Below, piece by piece: positions 1 to 10,296 of a stretch of DNA of 64,000 bases. The notes beneath the pieces are model-generated. The model did not search any database. It was not told where the DNA came from and was given only the letters and a program-made list of their open reading frames with translations. Source of the DNA: Ruminococcus sp. (lineage in GTDB: Bacteria; Bacillota; Clostridia; Oscillospirales; Acutalibacteraceae); NCBI GenBank assembly GCA_045133515.1, contig JBGUUL010000012.1, positions 6,736 to 70,735 on the forward strand, in the 5' to 3' direction. Made by a program: the position numbers and the translations under genes. Within the stretch, counting starts at the first letter, position 1. Each line of letters starts with the position of its first letter.

Positions 1-1
1 A

Positions 2-379
2 TATACAGAAACTCGATCTATATCAGAGAGTGCTTTCTACTGTAGAGTTGCTTCTACAACAGAAAGTGACCCTGATGCAGACTCAACTGAAAAGAAGAAA
101 ATGAATCAGAAAATAGATTATTTCCTAAGTAGCGATATTCCTAAAATTCCAACTGAGTATGTAGATGTTACAACAAGTACCATCAGTAAGACAAATTATC
201 CAAACTACATTGTTTCAGTTGGTGGAGAAAAGGATGAGCAGGGCTACTATGTAAGTGATGAGATTACTGTTAGAATTTGGGGCGAAGGCTATGATCGAGA
301 GGCTCAGACACCTCTTGAGGGTGGCAATATGAAGGTATCGTTGCATTTTTATGCAGTAGAAAACAATGAAACTAACTAA
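2..379 (+). CDS. 5'-truncated member of the SipW-operon paralog family (C-terminal IWxEG domain)
   Basis: The frame is open from base 2 (YTETRSISESAFYCRV...), so the ATG at 101 is probably internal. The C-terminus ITVRIWGEGYDREAQTPLEGGNMKVSLHF matches the end of the 391..1602 product. Confidence 0.8.
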   Translation, partial: YTETRSISESAFYCRVASTTESDPDADSTEKKKMNQKIDYFLSSDIPKIPTEYVDVTTSTISKTNYPNYIVSVGGEKDEQGYYVSDEITVRIWGEGYDREAQTPLEGGNMKVSLHFYAVENNETN

Positions 380-390
380 GGAGGTTAATT

Positions 391-1602
391 ATGAAAGAGA
401 TTAAAGAACCAAATTTCATATCCAAAAATACAAAGAAAAACCTCCTAATAGTGGTGAATATTATTCTTTTAGTTGCTCTATTGTCTATCGCAACCTATGC
501 TTGGTTTTTCAGAAATCTTGCTGATAATGTTGATACCGAGGATATTCAGTTCGCATCGGGTCTTTCATTGCAGGTAAGTCTTACAAATAAAGATGAAGAT
601 TTTGACTATAACCAAACACTTGTGAAGGGTACACATTATAGCGAATCAGCTTTATCAAAGGAAATTACAGGTGACGGTATTGAAACACACTTTATGCGTC
701 CACTATTTTCCAATAAGGATGACCAGACTGAACTTTTCACACCAAATCTTACTCCTACTGATGGTAAGGATTGGGATAATTATCAGACTATGTTCCCTGA
801 CTCTGACTATATTGTCAAGACTCTATATTTCCGTTCCACAGTTGCTGTTGATATTTATTTGACAAAAAATTCTTATGTTAAAGGTCTTAGCGAAATTCCT
901 GTTAAGAGTGAAACTGGTACGGAAATACTACCAGCTCATTCTATGAAGTGGAATAGTAATGATGTTACAGATACTTATATGAATCAGTATCGTATTTCTG
1001 ACAAGGCAGATTCTGATGGGTACAAATATTCCAAAGACTGCGTTGTTGGTGCAACCAGAGTGGCTTTTACTGATGATTCAGAAACAAGGCTTCTTTGGCT
1101 ACCTCGTCCGGATGTTTTCTTTAACCTTGCAGGTGATGCAGAAAAGGGATATAATGTTCGAGTTACTGCTCCTATGAATGATGATTATGGTGAAAATATG
1201 GATAATTACTTTAGGAAAATTCCTTCCACATCAAGTAATCATTCTTTTCCAGATTTAGTTCCAGGTTCAGGTGAACATTGGTACTTTACGAAGATTGGTG
1301 GAGAATATGTAAAAAATCCACTTAGAAAAACAATGGCTTATGATGTAAACAATCATGACACAGTTAAAGGTTATGTTGCAGGTACAAGTGATTTGCCAGA
1401 TCTAAATTCCAAAAAGCCTATAGATGGTACAAAGCTAAACGGTTACATTGGAACAACAACAAAAGCAAATGCCGAAGATAAATACTTTACAACACAAGTT
1501 AATGTTGCAATTTGGGTAGATGGCTTTGATGCCGAGGCAAGGAAGGAGCTTGTTGGTGGCAAATTCAAAGCAAAGTTCCAGTTCTTGGGTATTCCTATTT
1601 AA
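391..1602 (+). CDS. SipW-class signal peptide protein, putative fibre subunit
   Basis: RBS AAGGAGG; basic N-region, hydrophobic helix, then ATYAWF (TYAWF at 493..507); C-terminal VAIWVDGFDAEARKELVGG motif. Confidence 0.8.
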   Translation: MKEIKEPNFISKNTKKNLLIVVNIILLVALLSIATYAWFFRNLADNVDTEDIQFASGLSLQVSLTNKDEDFDYNQTLVKGTHYSESALSKEITGDGIETHFMRPLFSNKDDQTELFTPNLTPTDGKDWDNYQTMFPDSDYIVKTLYFRSTVAVDIYLTKNSYVKGLSEIPVKSETGTEILPAHSMKWNSNDVTDTYMNQYRISDKADSDGYKYSKDCVVGATRVAFTDDSETRLLWLPRPDVFFNLAGDAEKGYNVRVTAPMNDDYGENMDNYFRKIPSTSSNHSFPDLVPGSGEHWYFTKIGGEYVKNPLRKTMAYDVNNHDTVKGYVAGTSDLPDLNSKKPIDGTKLNGYIGTTTKANAEDKYFTTQVNVAIWVDGFDAEARKELVGGKFKAKFQFLGIPI

Positions 1603-1629
1603 ATCTAATAAAATTAAGGAGGTGCAAAA

Positions 1630-3714
1630 ATGGATAAGAAAAGAAGTATGATGGAAAAGAAAAGTACAAGTGTAATACTTTCTGTTACTTCACTTGTCCT
1701 TATTATGTGCCTTCTTGTTATTACAACCTATTCTTGGGTTGATAGCAACGACCATGATGATGTTGATACTAATGAAATGTCCCTCCAGCTTGACACAGGC
1801 CTTGATGCTAAGTGGGAGGATTCTGATGAAAATAGTATTGATATTAGTGGTTTTGATTTAAGAGAGGTTTCATCAGCTAATGGTAGGGATTTCTACACCC
1901 CTGATGATTCATTTAACGAAGTAACTGCTGATGACGGCGTACAAACCAATGAACTTAGATTCCGTAAGGTGAACTCTGCTGATATTTATAATGGCAAGGA
2001 TGATAAGGGAAAAAATAAGAAAATGGTGCAATTTACATTTTCTCTTTCTACACAGGTCTTGGAATCAACCCCTGTGTATTTGTCAGAAATTTCCTCAATT
2101 TCAGGTACAGGTTCAGAGCATATCAGAGTTTCAATTGATAGTCACGACGGTGGTACTCCTACTATTTTTAGTAATACAGCCGTTATAAATACAGATGGTG
2201 GCTCAAAAACACAGAACGCTGTAAGCTCCATAGATAATGATACAGGTGTTCCTGTATGTGCAGATCAGAGTATGAGTGCATTAAATGCTTACACATATTC
2301 AAGGAAGGCACCTTTATTCACTATTGCTGGTAGAGAGAATAAGAAGATAACTGTTTCTATTTGGCTTGAAGGTGCAAGTGGTAATTTTTCCAGCGATATT
2401 GTAAATAATGAAGATATTAAAATTTCTCTCATCCTTACAACTAAAAAAGATTACACAAACACTGTTCAAATTGTTGACAGAACCGTTAATAATTGGCTTA
2501 AAAATGGCGAAACAGACTCAACAAGAGCTAATATGTTCATAATCAATGCAAGTGATTACAGCCTATCAAAGCCTCTTTCTGAAATGAATCATTATTCCTT
2601 AAGTCTTGGTGATGACGAAAAAACATGGACAGCCCAACTTCCACAAAATGTTACAAAAATTTACATTAGAAGATACTCCAAAGCGACTACCTCTAACAGT
2701 TGGGATTATTGGGGCCCGTTAGAATTACCAGGTGCTGCTGAACTCAATTCCTCTGGTACAATGACTGATAAAAAGGCAGGTCTTAAGCTTGTTTACAATA
2801 TTCTGGGTGACTCACACGAAGGTACAAAGGACGGAGTTACTTATCCAAATCAGATAGATAATTACGAGGCTGGATTATGGGGTAACTTTAGCGATAGTTA
2901 CTTCAAGGAGGTAACTATGTTTGACCAAACAAGGTCGAACTTTGCAGATACTAATGGTATGTTCTGTTACTTCAACCAGTCTGTTACAGGTGCTGACCAT
3001 AAGAAGATTCCGTATGTGAATATGGAGTTGTCATATACATATGAAATTAACAGCAATTATAAGCCAAAGATAGAAAGCAAAATAAGATACAGAATGTATC
3101 CAAAGAATGTTACAAAGCGTTTATTCCACGCAAATGTTTTTGTTAATGATGCAATCACAACAAGTAACGCTGGTATCGTTCCGTATTATGCAAATGCAAA
3201 TGCTACACAACAGGCTACTATCGAATTTGGTAGTGGTTGGATGGCATCCGTTAATGCAGGATACTCATATTTTGCAATCAATAAGAGTGATATAATGTGG
3301 TCTTATTGGGGTAAGTCAATAACATACCTAAATTTGACAGGTGGTATTGTCACTGAAGATAGCAAAGATTCTGGCCACGCAAACTATCAGGCATATTTTA
3401 ACTCAAGCAGTAGTAATGATAAGTACAAGGTGTTTATGGCGCCTTTGGATGATACATATATGGGCAACCAAACCTTTACTTGGAGTAACTCAAACAGGGA
3501 TTATGGTGCAGTAATTCCAAAGGGTTACGAAACAAGCGTTCAGTTCTATAGAAGATCGGCTGGCGATGACACCGAATGGAACTATTCTGAAGCAACAATG
3601 GATCTTGCAAAATATAAAGACGCAAGATTTAACAAGTTTGGTACTAATGGTTCCAAAGTTATTTACTATGATGTAGATAGTTGGAAGTACACAAGAGAGA
3701 ATGTTCCACGATAA
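1630..3714 (+). CDS. SipW-class signal peptide protein with IWLEG domain and C-terminal aromatic-rich CBM-like modules
   Basis: RBS AAGGAGG; TTYSWV (TYSWV at 1726..1740); EVSSANGRDFY and ITVSIWLEG motifs; modules such as WTAQLPQNVTKIYIRRY...WDYW and YQAYF...VIPKGYETSVQFYRR...WN. Confidence 0.75.
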   Translation: MDKKRSMMEKKSTSVILSVTSLVLIMCLLVITTYSWVDSNDHDDVDTNEMSLQLDTGLDAKWEDSDENSIDISGFDLREVSSANGRDFYTPDDSFNEVTADDGVQTNELRFRKVNSADIYNGKDDKGKNKKMVQFTFSLSTQVLESTPVYLSEISSISGTGSEHIRVSIDSHDGGTPTIFSNTAVINTDGGSKTQNAVSSIDNDTGVPVCADQSMSALNAYTYSRKAPLFTIAGRENKKITVSIWLEGASGNFSSDIVNNEDIKISLILTTKKDYTNTVQIVDRTVNNWLKNGETDSTRANMFIINASDYSLSKPLSEMNHYSLSLGDDEKTWTAQLPQNVTKIYIRRYSKATTSNSWDYWGPLELPGAAELNSSGTMTDKKAGLKLVYNILGDSHEGTKDGVTYPNQIDNYEAGLWGNFSDSYFKEVTMFDQTRSNFADTNGMFCYFNQSVTGADHKKIPYVNMELSYTYEINSNYKPKIESKIRYRMYPKNVTKRLFHANVFVNDAITTSNAGIVPYYANANATQQATIEFGSGWMASVNAGYSYFAINKSDIMWSYWGKSITYLNLTGGIVTEDSKDSGHANYQAYFNSSSSNDKYKVFMAPLDDTYMGNQTFTWSNSNRDYGAVIPKGYETSVQFYRRSAGDDTEWNYSEATMDLAKYKDARFNKFGTNGSKVIYYDVDSWKYTRENVPR

Positions 3715-3740
3715 AAATTTATGATTAAGGAGGTGCTGTA

Positions 3741-4868
3741 ATGGGTAAGAGAGAAAAAAGTCCTGGAAATAAGGGCAAAAAATTTAATATTATTCTTTCC
3801 GTTATAGCACTTATCCTTGTAGTGGCTGTTGGTGGAGTTACAACCTATAGCTGGATTGAACAACATACTAATATGAATGTTAATGTAGGAAAGGGTAATA
3901 TTAAGGATACACCAGAAAATTATGTAAAGTATTTTCACACTGTTACAGTTGGTAGAAATGTAGAGAATTCATATATCCAGCTTAATCAGTTTGCAGATTT
4001 TGCAGATGGTGTAGCACTTTCTCAGCTGACTTCAGCTGACGGCAAAACTTTTTTTTATCAAACATCAAATAATCAGTACAAAAAGCTTGATGCTAATGAT
4101 AAATCGGTTAGCTACCTTTCCTTTGATTTTGATGTTATATCTATAGATTCTGAAAAAACAGATTTTTACTTTGATAGTGAAACATTAAGATTTGTATATG
4201 GTACATTTGTAGAGGGCCAAGATAATTCTAATGCAAATTCAATCAGAATGTCTGTTACTACAACTATTGATGATGTGACAAAGACAAAAATCTTTGCTCC
4301 AAATGCAACCCCTTATGCTTCAGTAAACCCAGACGGTACTACTACTGAAGTTACACCTGAAGTTTTTTCTGAATATTATCAGGATAAAAGTTCAATCTTC
4401 ACCATACCTGGCAAAGGCAAAGCAAAAGTGACAATTAACATTTGGCTTGAGGGTAATGATGCAACAACAGGGGAAAATTTCCTTGTTGCTAAAAATGATA
4501 AAATTGATATGGTGTTCCAGCTTAATACAAATTGGTATAATGCTAATTCCAAGTTCATTTACCTTTATGACGGAACAGCAGACCAAATCCTGTCAGATTG
4601 TACAAGTGGTACATACACTACATATGATGCAAATGGAAATATGATGGGAACTGCTGACCAAGAGCTTATAAATGTTTATGACGGTAATGATCAGATTAAG
4701 CAAACAGCTATTATCAAAGACTTAAAGGGTGTTGCAAGGGTTGAGTTCAAGCTAAAAAGAACCGGCTCAAAAGAAACACTTACATATTATTGGGATGCTA
4801 CAGGCAAAGCTGATAATGAAACAGAGGTCTATTACACAATTACAGATTATACTAAAGACCCAGAATAA
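3741..4868 (+). CDS. SipW-class signal peptide protein, IWLEG paralog
   Basis: RBS AAGGAGG; GGVTTYSWI (TYSWI at 3843..3857); QLTSADGKTFFY and VTINIWLEGND motifs. Confidence 0.8.
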   Translation: MGKREKSPGNKGKKFNIILSVIALILVVAVGGVTTYSWIEQHTNMNVNVGKGNIKDTPENYVKYFHTVTVGRNVENSYIQLNQFADFADGVALSQLTSADGKTFFYQTSNNQYKKLDANDKSVSYLSFDFDVISIDSEKTDFYFDSETLRFVYGTFVEGQDNSNANSIRMSVTTTIDDVTKTKIFAPNATPYASVNPDGTTTEVTPEVFSEYYQDKSSIFTIPGKGKAKVTINIWLEGNDATTGENFLVAKNDKIDMVFQLNTNWYNANSKFIYLYDGTADQILSDCTSGTYTTYDANGNMMGTADQELINVYDGNDQIKQTAIIKDLKGVARVEFKLKRTGSKETLTYYWDATGKADNETEVYYTITDYTKDPE

Positions 4869-4877
4869 GAGGTTATT

Positions 4878-7800
4878 ATGAGAAAGTCAATTGCTGAAAA
4901 CTTAATAAAGTGGCTGAATGTGGCTGTTGCACTTGTTATTGCAATGGTTATGGTTCTGTGCACCGATGCAAAGGTATCAGCAAGGGACTTAGGTAGTAAC
5001 CTTGTTATAAAAGATACACAGGCACTACTTTCAGACATCAATGTTAATTCAACATCAACCACAAGTGCAAGGCAGTTAATTGCATCAGGCGCAAATGTTG
5101 ATGTAGTTGAAGTTGGCGCAGTTCCAAGTACAATTTATTTTAAAAATACATCTAACTGGTCAACGCCACACGCATATATGTGGAATAGTTCAAATACCTC
5201 CCAAAATAATAACTGGCCTGGTGGAGAAATGGAAAATATTGAAAATAACATTTGGAAGATTAGTGTTGATTCAACCTATAATATGGTTATTTTCAGTAAT
5301 AAGGGTAGTAATCAAACAGGAGATTTAAATATACCAACTGATGGAAGAAATTACTATAATAATGGTGATTGGACAACCTATACCTCAAGTGGTGGTTCAG
5401 GTGGCGAAACATCTGATATTTCAGAAGAAGACCTAAAAGCCATTCTAAAAGGCGAGAAGATAATGGTTTATGCAGGTGAGCGTGATGATTGGGGAAATAA
5501 TGACAAGTATTATTTCACAACAGATAACACATTAAATAATCCTGCAGCAACAGTTGATGCAACAAATAAAAAAACATTGAAAGATAATGTAAAATACCAA
5601 TATGGTTTTGCGATTTTATATCCAAATACAGTATATTACCAAGGTCACTGGACATCAGGATTAAAATGTAGTGTTGAGGCTGGTGCAACATATATTGTTT
5701 GTGGTAGTAATTCAAATTCAGCTTTTTCACAGAAAGCTGTTGTAAATAATAAAGACTACCTCTACTCCTATGACGCAGGTTCCACAAGAACAGCTGATAC
5801 TGTTGTAGATTCTTCAATCATTGCAGGTAATCAGTTGTCTGTTGATACAAATACAACACCAGGTATTTCCAGTATTGGTGATGAAAACTATTTTAAGTAT
5901 TACCTTTGCTCAGGTGCAAATTTTGATACTATCAAAGAAGTGCAAATTGTAGATGGCAAGGTTGATACATCTGACCTACCTGTAGGTGATTATCAGCTGA
6001 AGACAGTTCTCTACGATAAGAGCATCTATGTTTTGGCTGATACAGATGAATTTAGAGTTGTTAACCCTGCCCTTGCCGAAAGTGTAGATTTAACATCTAA
6101 TCTTGAAAGTGTTGAAAAGAACACTCCACTAACACTAACTGCAACTCTTACTAATAAAAAGACAGACGCAACAAGTGTTACATACACATTTACAAATGTT
6201 TCCGACTCCAGCCTTGGTGGTTCATTTACAAGTGACACTTATGAGGTTACATCAGGAGAAGATTCAGCATCTGTTGAATTTACACCAACAGGTGTTGGCA
6301 CATATACCTTTAAGGTTGTGGCAAGCTGTAACGGTTATACTTCAGTTGAAGATACTGTAACCGTTACTGTTGAAGATGAAGCAAAGTACTACTTATGTGG
6401 TAGAATCAATGGCCACCTTTGGAGTTATGATTCAAAAGACATGCCTTTCACTAAGGTTAAAGAAGGACTGTACAAGTATGAAACAGGAAAAAGCGTTGCT
6501 GAACTTTCTTATATAGTGCAGGAAAGCAATTATAGTAGAGATCAGTTCTTCTTTATTCATACTGGTTCAGGTAAAGATGGTGTTTGGTATGCTTCTAAGG
6601 TAGAAAATGAAGTAAGCATCGGACACACATTTTATAAATATTCATCTTCAGAAAATCCTTTGACCCTAACTGAGTATAATGGTGACGATACAACTGAATC
6701 AAACCTTCTAAGGTTTGTTAGATCTGAAGATGCTGATGATTACGCAGGTAGAAAGAATGTAACTCTCTACCTTGACACAAGTGGTACAGACAAAAAGCTG
6801 TATTATACCTATGAATCATCTATATTTAACATTACCTATACCAATGACGGTAATGGTGAGGTTACAGGTCCTGTAACCGGTGAGGCAGATGAGAGTATAG
6901 CACGAAGTGAATTTACAGTAACACCAAAACAAGGTTATGAGCTGGATACACTTACTTTTGACGATGTTGATATTACATCAAGCGACAGTGTGAAAATGCC
7001 AAGCAAGGATGTTGTAGTTCACGCAACCTTTAAGCCTAAAACTTATAATATTACATATAAGCTCTTTACAGGCTCTAATGAGGAAGATACATCCTCTCTA
7101 ACTCCAAAAACCTATACTTTTAGTGAAACAAAGTCAGTTGCTCTCCCTGTTCCGGAAAAAACAGGTTATACCTTTGGTGGATGGAAAAAGGGCTCAACCT
7201 CTGGTGCTCTCGCCACAGAAATTTCTTCAGGGGAATATGGTGATAAGAAATACTATGGCTCTTTCACTGCAAAGAAATATACAGTAACCTTTGACCCTGA
7301 TGGTGGTAGCTTTGACGAGGGCGTGTCTGATACAAAGCAGGTAACTTTTAACTCTGCTTTTGGCACACTTCCAACACCTCAAAAGCCAGGTGCTTCATTT
7401 AAGGGTTGGTACTATACAGATGATGAGGGTAATAAGACTGAAATTACTGCAACCTCAACCCTAACTGTTGCAAGTGATATTACCCTTGTTGCTGAATATA
7501 ATGATAATCCTACTGTTAAAGTTAAGCTGAATTATGGTGAAACTGTCACAGAAAAGACATTTACTTCTCAGTCAATTGCTACAGATAATACAGTTACAAC
7601 AGACCAAGGTGAGTTTTCTGTTGTGGGTGACCTACAGTATAATAGTGATGTTACTGTAACTGCTACTCCAAAAAGCGGTTATTATATCTACAATGTAACA
7701 GGTACAGGTATATCTGCCTATAATATTAAGGGCGACCCTTGGACAAAAACTTATGATAATGTAAAAGCAAATATAACCATAGAGGTAACAATAGTTGATG

Positions 7801-9050
7801 TTCCAAAGCTGGATATTGAGGTTCATTACAATTCCGAAAAGGACGATACCAAGGCCACAGTTACCTATGATGGAAAAACTCTGACAGCAGATGCTGATAA
7901 AATATTTAACATTAACCCAGAGAAATATGGCGAAAGTAAAAATATTGTAGTTCAACCTGCTGACGGTTACTACATTAGTAGTGTAACTGATGAAAGTACC
8001 ACACTTTCATCTGCCAAAAGTGGAATTTGGCAATATTCATTTGATGGTACAGGCAGTAAAGACAAAAAGATTGTTGTCAATATTGCTGATAATCCAAAGG
8101 TAAAGCTAAGTTGTGTTGAATTTGCAACAGGCGACCCACTTGACGAGCCTCTTATTACACCAACTATCAATGGTGCTACTGCAACAGATGAGGGAATAAA
8201 AGTTAGCTATGGCTCAACTGTTACTTTGACAGTAAAGATTGACAGTTCTATTGAAAATCAATATGAATTCAGAGGTTTCTATAAAAAAGGAGATGACACT
8301 CCTTTAGATAGTAGTTATGCATTGTCTTATTACCTTACAAATGTAACGGAAGATGCAGAAATTGTTGCAAAGTTTGACAAGCTCTATGCAATTACCGTAA
8401 ATTGGGAAAATCTTGATGGTTTAAAAATTGACGGAGTGGCACAAGCCGTTGCAGATGAAACTGTAACTATATATAGATTCCAGGGTGCAACAATAGAGAT
8501 TACAACTACTATAAATGAAAGTAGCGAATACAAACTAAATGCAGGTTGCTTTGTGCCTGAAAATATCGTTGGTTCTTATAGTAATAACGATAATGTTACT
8601 ACTAAGAAGTACAACTGTACTGTAGGTTCAAATGACGCAACTGTAACAATAACTCCAAAACCTGCCACATATTCCGGCACAGGATATTGGGGTGACAAGT
8701 TGATGGATATTTATATTAAGAATTCAACTGCAGGTGGTCAACCATATAACCAAGAAGCTAAGTTGGCTGCAAAGTTTGATAATTATGATAAATACTCAGC
8801 ACTTGTATTTGTTGGGCTTGTTAAAGATTCCAGTAATGTAGAGTATAGACACTATGTAATTCCTGTTCGTTCAGGCTCTACATCTATTACAATTACTCGT
8901 TATGCCAAGGGAGTAACTGATTTTACGAACCCTGGCACAGCAAACGGACCTTGGAACACACAATTAATAACATTTGGTGATAATACAAGTTATATCCTAA
9001 CAGGGTGTAACAGTAATGGCATGAGTTACGAAACTGGAAAACCAGAATAG
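4878..9050 (+). CDS. Large secreted adhesin: CBM26-like starch-binding module, Ig-like and Listeria-Bacteroides (InlB B) repeats
   Basis: Sec signal ending VSA; TIYFKNTSNWSTPHAYMW...WPG..M...VIFSN...QTGDL (~5130..5382); YTVTFDPDGG...LPTPQKPGASFKGWY repeats (~7040..7500); no catalytic domain recognised. Confidence 0.8.
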   Translation: MRKSIAENLIKWLNVAVALVIAMVMVLCTDAKVSARDLGSNLVIKDTQALLSDINVNSTSTTSARQLIASGANVDVVEVGAVPSTIYFKNTSNWSTPHAYMWNSSNTSQNNNWPGGEMENIENNIWKISVDSTYNMVIFSNKGSNQTGDLNIPTDGRNYYNNGDWTTYTSSGGSGGETSDISEEDLKAILKGEKIMVYAGERDDWGNNDKYYFTTDNTLNNPAATVDATNKKTLKDNVKYQYGFAILYPNTVYYQGHWTSGLKCSVEAGATYIVCGSNSNSAFSQKAVVNNKDYLYSYDAGSTRTADTVVDSSIIAGNQLSVDTNTTPGISSIGDENYFKYYLCSGANFDTIKEVQIVDGKVDTSDLPVGDYQLKTVLYDKSIYVLADTDEFRVVNPALAESVDLTSNLESVEKNTPLTLTATLTNKKTDATSVTYTFTNVSDSSLGGSFTSDTYEVTSGEDSASVEFTPTGVGTYTFKVVASCNGYTSVEDTVTVTVEDEAKYYLCGRINGHLWSYDSKDMPFTKVKEGLYKYETGKSVAELSYIVQESNYSRDQFFFIHTGSGKDGVWYASKVENEVSIGHTFYKYSSSENPLTLTEYNGDDTTESNLLRFVRSEDADDYAGRKNVTLYLDTSGTDKKLYYTYESSIFNITYTNDGNGEVTGPVTGEADESIARSEFTVTPKQGYELDTLTFDDVDITSSDSVKMPSKDVVVHATFKPKTYNITYKLFTGSNEEDTSSLTPKTYTFSETKSVALPVPEKTGYTFGGWKKGSTSGALATEISSGEYGDKKYYGSFTAKKYTVTFDPDGGSFDEGVSDTKQVTFNSAFGTLPTPQKPGASFKGWYYTDDEGNKTEITATSTLTVASDITLVAEYNDNPTVKVKLNYGETVTEKTFTSQSIATDNTVTTDQGEFSVVGDLQYNSDVTVTATPKSGYYIYNVTGTGISAYNIKGDPWTKTYDNVKANITIEVTIVDVPKLDIEVHYNSEKDDTKATVTYDGKTLTADADKIFNINPEKYGESKNIVVQPADGYYISSVTDESTTLSSAKSGIWQYSFDGTGSKDKKIVVNIADNPKVKLSCVEFATGDPLDEPLITPTINGATATDEGIKVSYGSTVTLTVKIDSSIENQYEFRGFYKKGDDTPLDSSYALSYYLTNVTEDAEIVAKFDKLYAITVNWENLDGLKIDGVAQAVADETVTIYRFQGATIEITTTINESSEYKLNAGCFVPENIVGSYSNNDNVTTKKYNCTVGSNDATVTITPKPATYSGTGYWGDKLMDIYIKNSTAGGQPYNQEAKLAAKFDNYDKYSALVFVGLVKDSSNVEYRHYVIPVRSGSTSITITRYAKGVTDFTNPGTANGPWNTQLITFGDNTSYILTGCNSNGMSYETGKPE

Positions 9051-9067
9051 AATTAAGGTGATGCAAT

Positions 9068-9673
9068 ATGAATAAAAAGTCAATAATTTACAGATGTCTT
9101 GTTGCATCACTTTGCCTTGTGTCAATGGTTGTGATGACATATTCTTGGTTTAACAGAAGTAATGGAGATACAGCCAAGAGCTTGGGTTTTGAACGAGTTG
9201 TTAATATCAACGAGGATAGCTCATACATTACAGCCGAAACCTACTATTCAAAGGATGACGGCAAGACTTATACAGAGAAAGTAAGTAAAAACGATACAGA
9301 TACTTCCTACCAAACAATAACCGAAAAGCTTGAACCTGGTAAAAAACTGCACTTTAGAACAACAATATATAATGTGGAAGCGAACAAAGATACACATAGT
9401 TCTAAAACAGCAAAGGTAACAGTAGTTCTTGAAAATAGTCAGCTTGCTGGCAATGTGAAGGTTGGTACCCTTACTCCTGTTAATCAGTTAGTAAACTCAA
9501 ACAGCAAATCTGTAACATTGGCAAAAAATGTTACAGTTCCTGTTACAAGTGATGGTGAGAGTAAAACAGGTGCTATCCTTGATTGGTACATTTCACTTCC
9601 AAGCAGTGGTGGTAGTGGTGATGCATCACTAAGTAACATTACGTTAGGCAACCTACTAATTTATCAAGTATAA
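9068..9673 (+). CDS. Small SipW-class signal peptide protein, TasA/CalY-like
   Basis: MTYSWFNR (TYSWF at 9137..9151); KLEPGKKLHFRTTIYN resembles the TasA/camelysin L-x-PG...N strand; directly upstream of sipW. Confidence 0.7.
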   Translation: MNKKSIIYRCLVASLCLVSMVVMTYSWFNRSNGDTAKSLGFERVVNINEDSSYITAETYYSKDDGKTYTEKVSKNDTDTSYQTITEKLEPGKKLHFRTTIYNVEANKDTHSSKTAKVTVVLENSQLAGNVKVGTLTPVNQLVNSNSKSVTLAKNVTVPVTSDGESKTGAILDWYISLPSSGGSGDASLSNITLGNLLIYQV

Positions 9674-9684
9674 GGTAAAAGGAA

Positions 9685-10296
9685 TTGAAAGTATTTGTAA
9701 AAGTTATAAGGAAAATTTTAAGTGCTTTAAGCTTTGTGTTTTTGGCAGTTATGATACTTACAGTAATTTTCTTTTTTGTTCAAAGAGTTACTGGAGGCAA
9801 CACCACAATTTTCGGTTATTCTGTTTATAGAGTAAGTTCTGGAAGTATGGAACCGGAGCTTTCTATAGGAGATGTTATATTATCTAAAAAAATTGATACA
9901 AAAACACTTGAAATTGGCGACATTATAACGTATAATGGTACTGAGGGAAGTTATACCGGTAAGGTCATTACTCACCGAATTGAAGATATACAGGAAGTTG
10001 ACGGTCACCGTTTGTTCAGTACCAAGGGTGACGCCAACCCAGAAATTGACCCAATAGTCTATGAAGACCAGATATTGGGTATTATGGAGTTTAAAGTACC
10101 TATAGTAGGGGTGCTGTATAGCTTTTTTATAACCCCTTACGGACTTATTGCCGTATTGCTTGTGATACTTCTTGCATTTAGCAATGAATTTATAACATTA
10201 TTCAGACTAATCAAAAGAAAGGTTCAGTACGATGTTACAAGAGAATTTGAAGAATCCGTCAAAAAAGACGGAAACTCTGACAACAAAACTGAATAA
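9685..10296 (+). CDS. sipW: Signal peptidase I, SipW/ER-type (S26B)
   Basis: TTG start; VSSGSMEP (catalytic Ser), GDVI, ITHRI (His rather than Lys), TKGDAN; N- and C-terminal TM helices. Confidence 0.92.
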   Translation: MKVFVKVIRKILSALSFVFLAVMILTVIFFFVQRVTGGNTTIFGYSVYRVSSGSMEPELSIGDVILSKKIDTKTLEIGDIITYNGTEGSYTGKVITHRIEDIQEVDGHRLFSTKGDANPEIDPIVYEDQILGIMEFKVPIVGVLYSFFITPYGLIAVLLVILLAFSNEFITLFRLIKRKVQYDVTREFEESVKKDGNSDNKTE

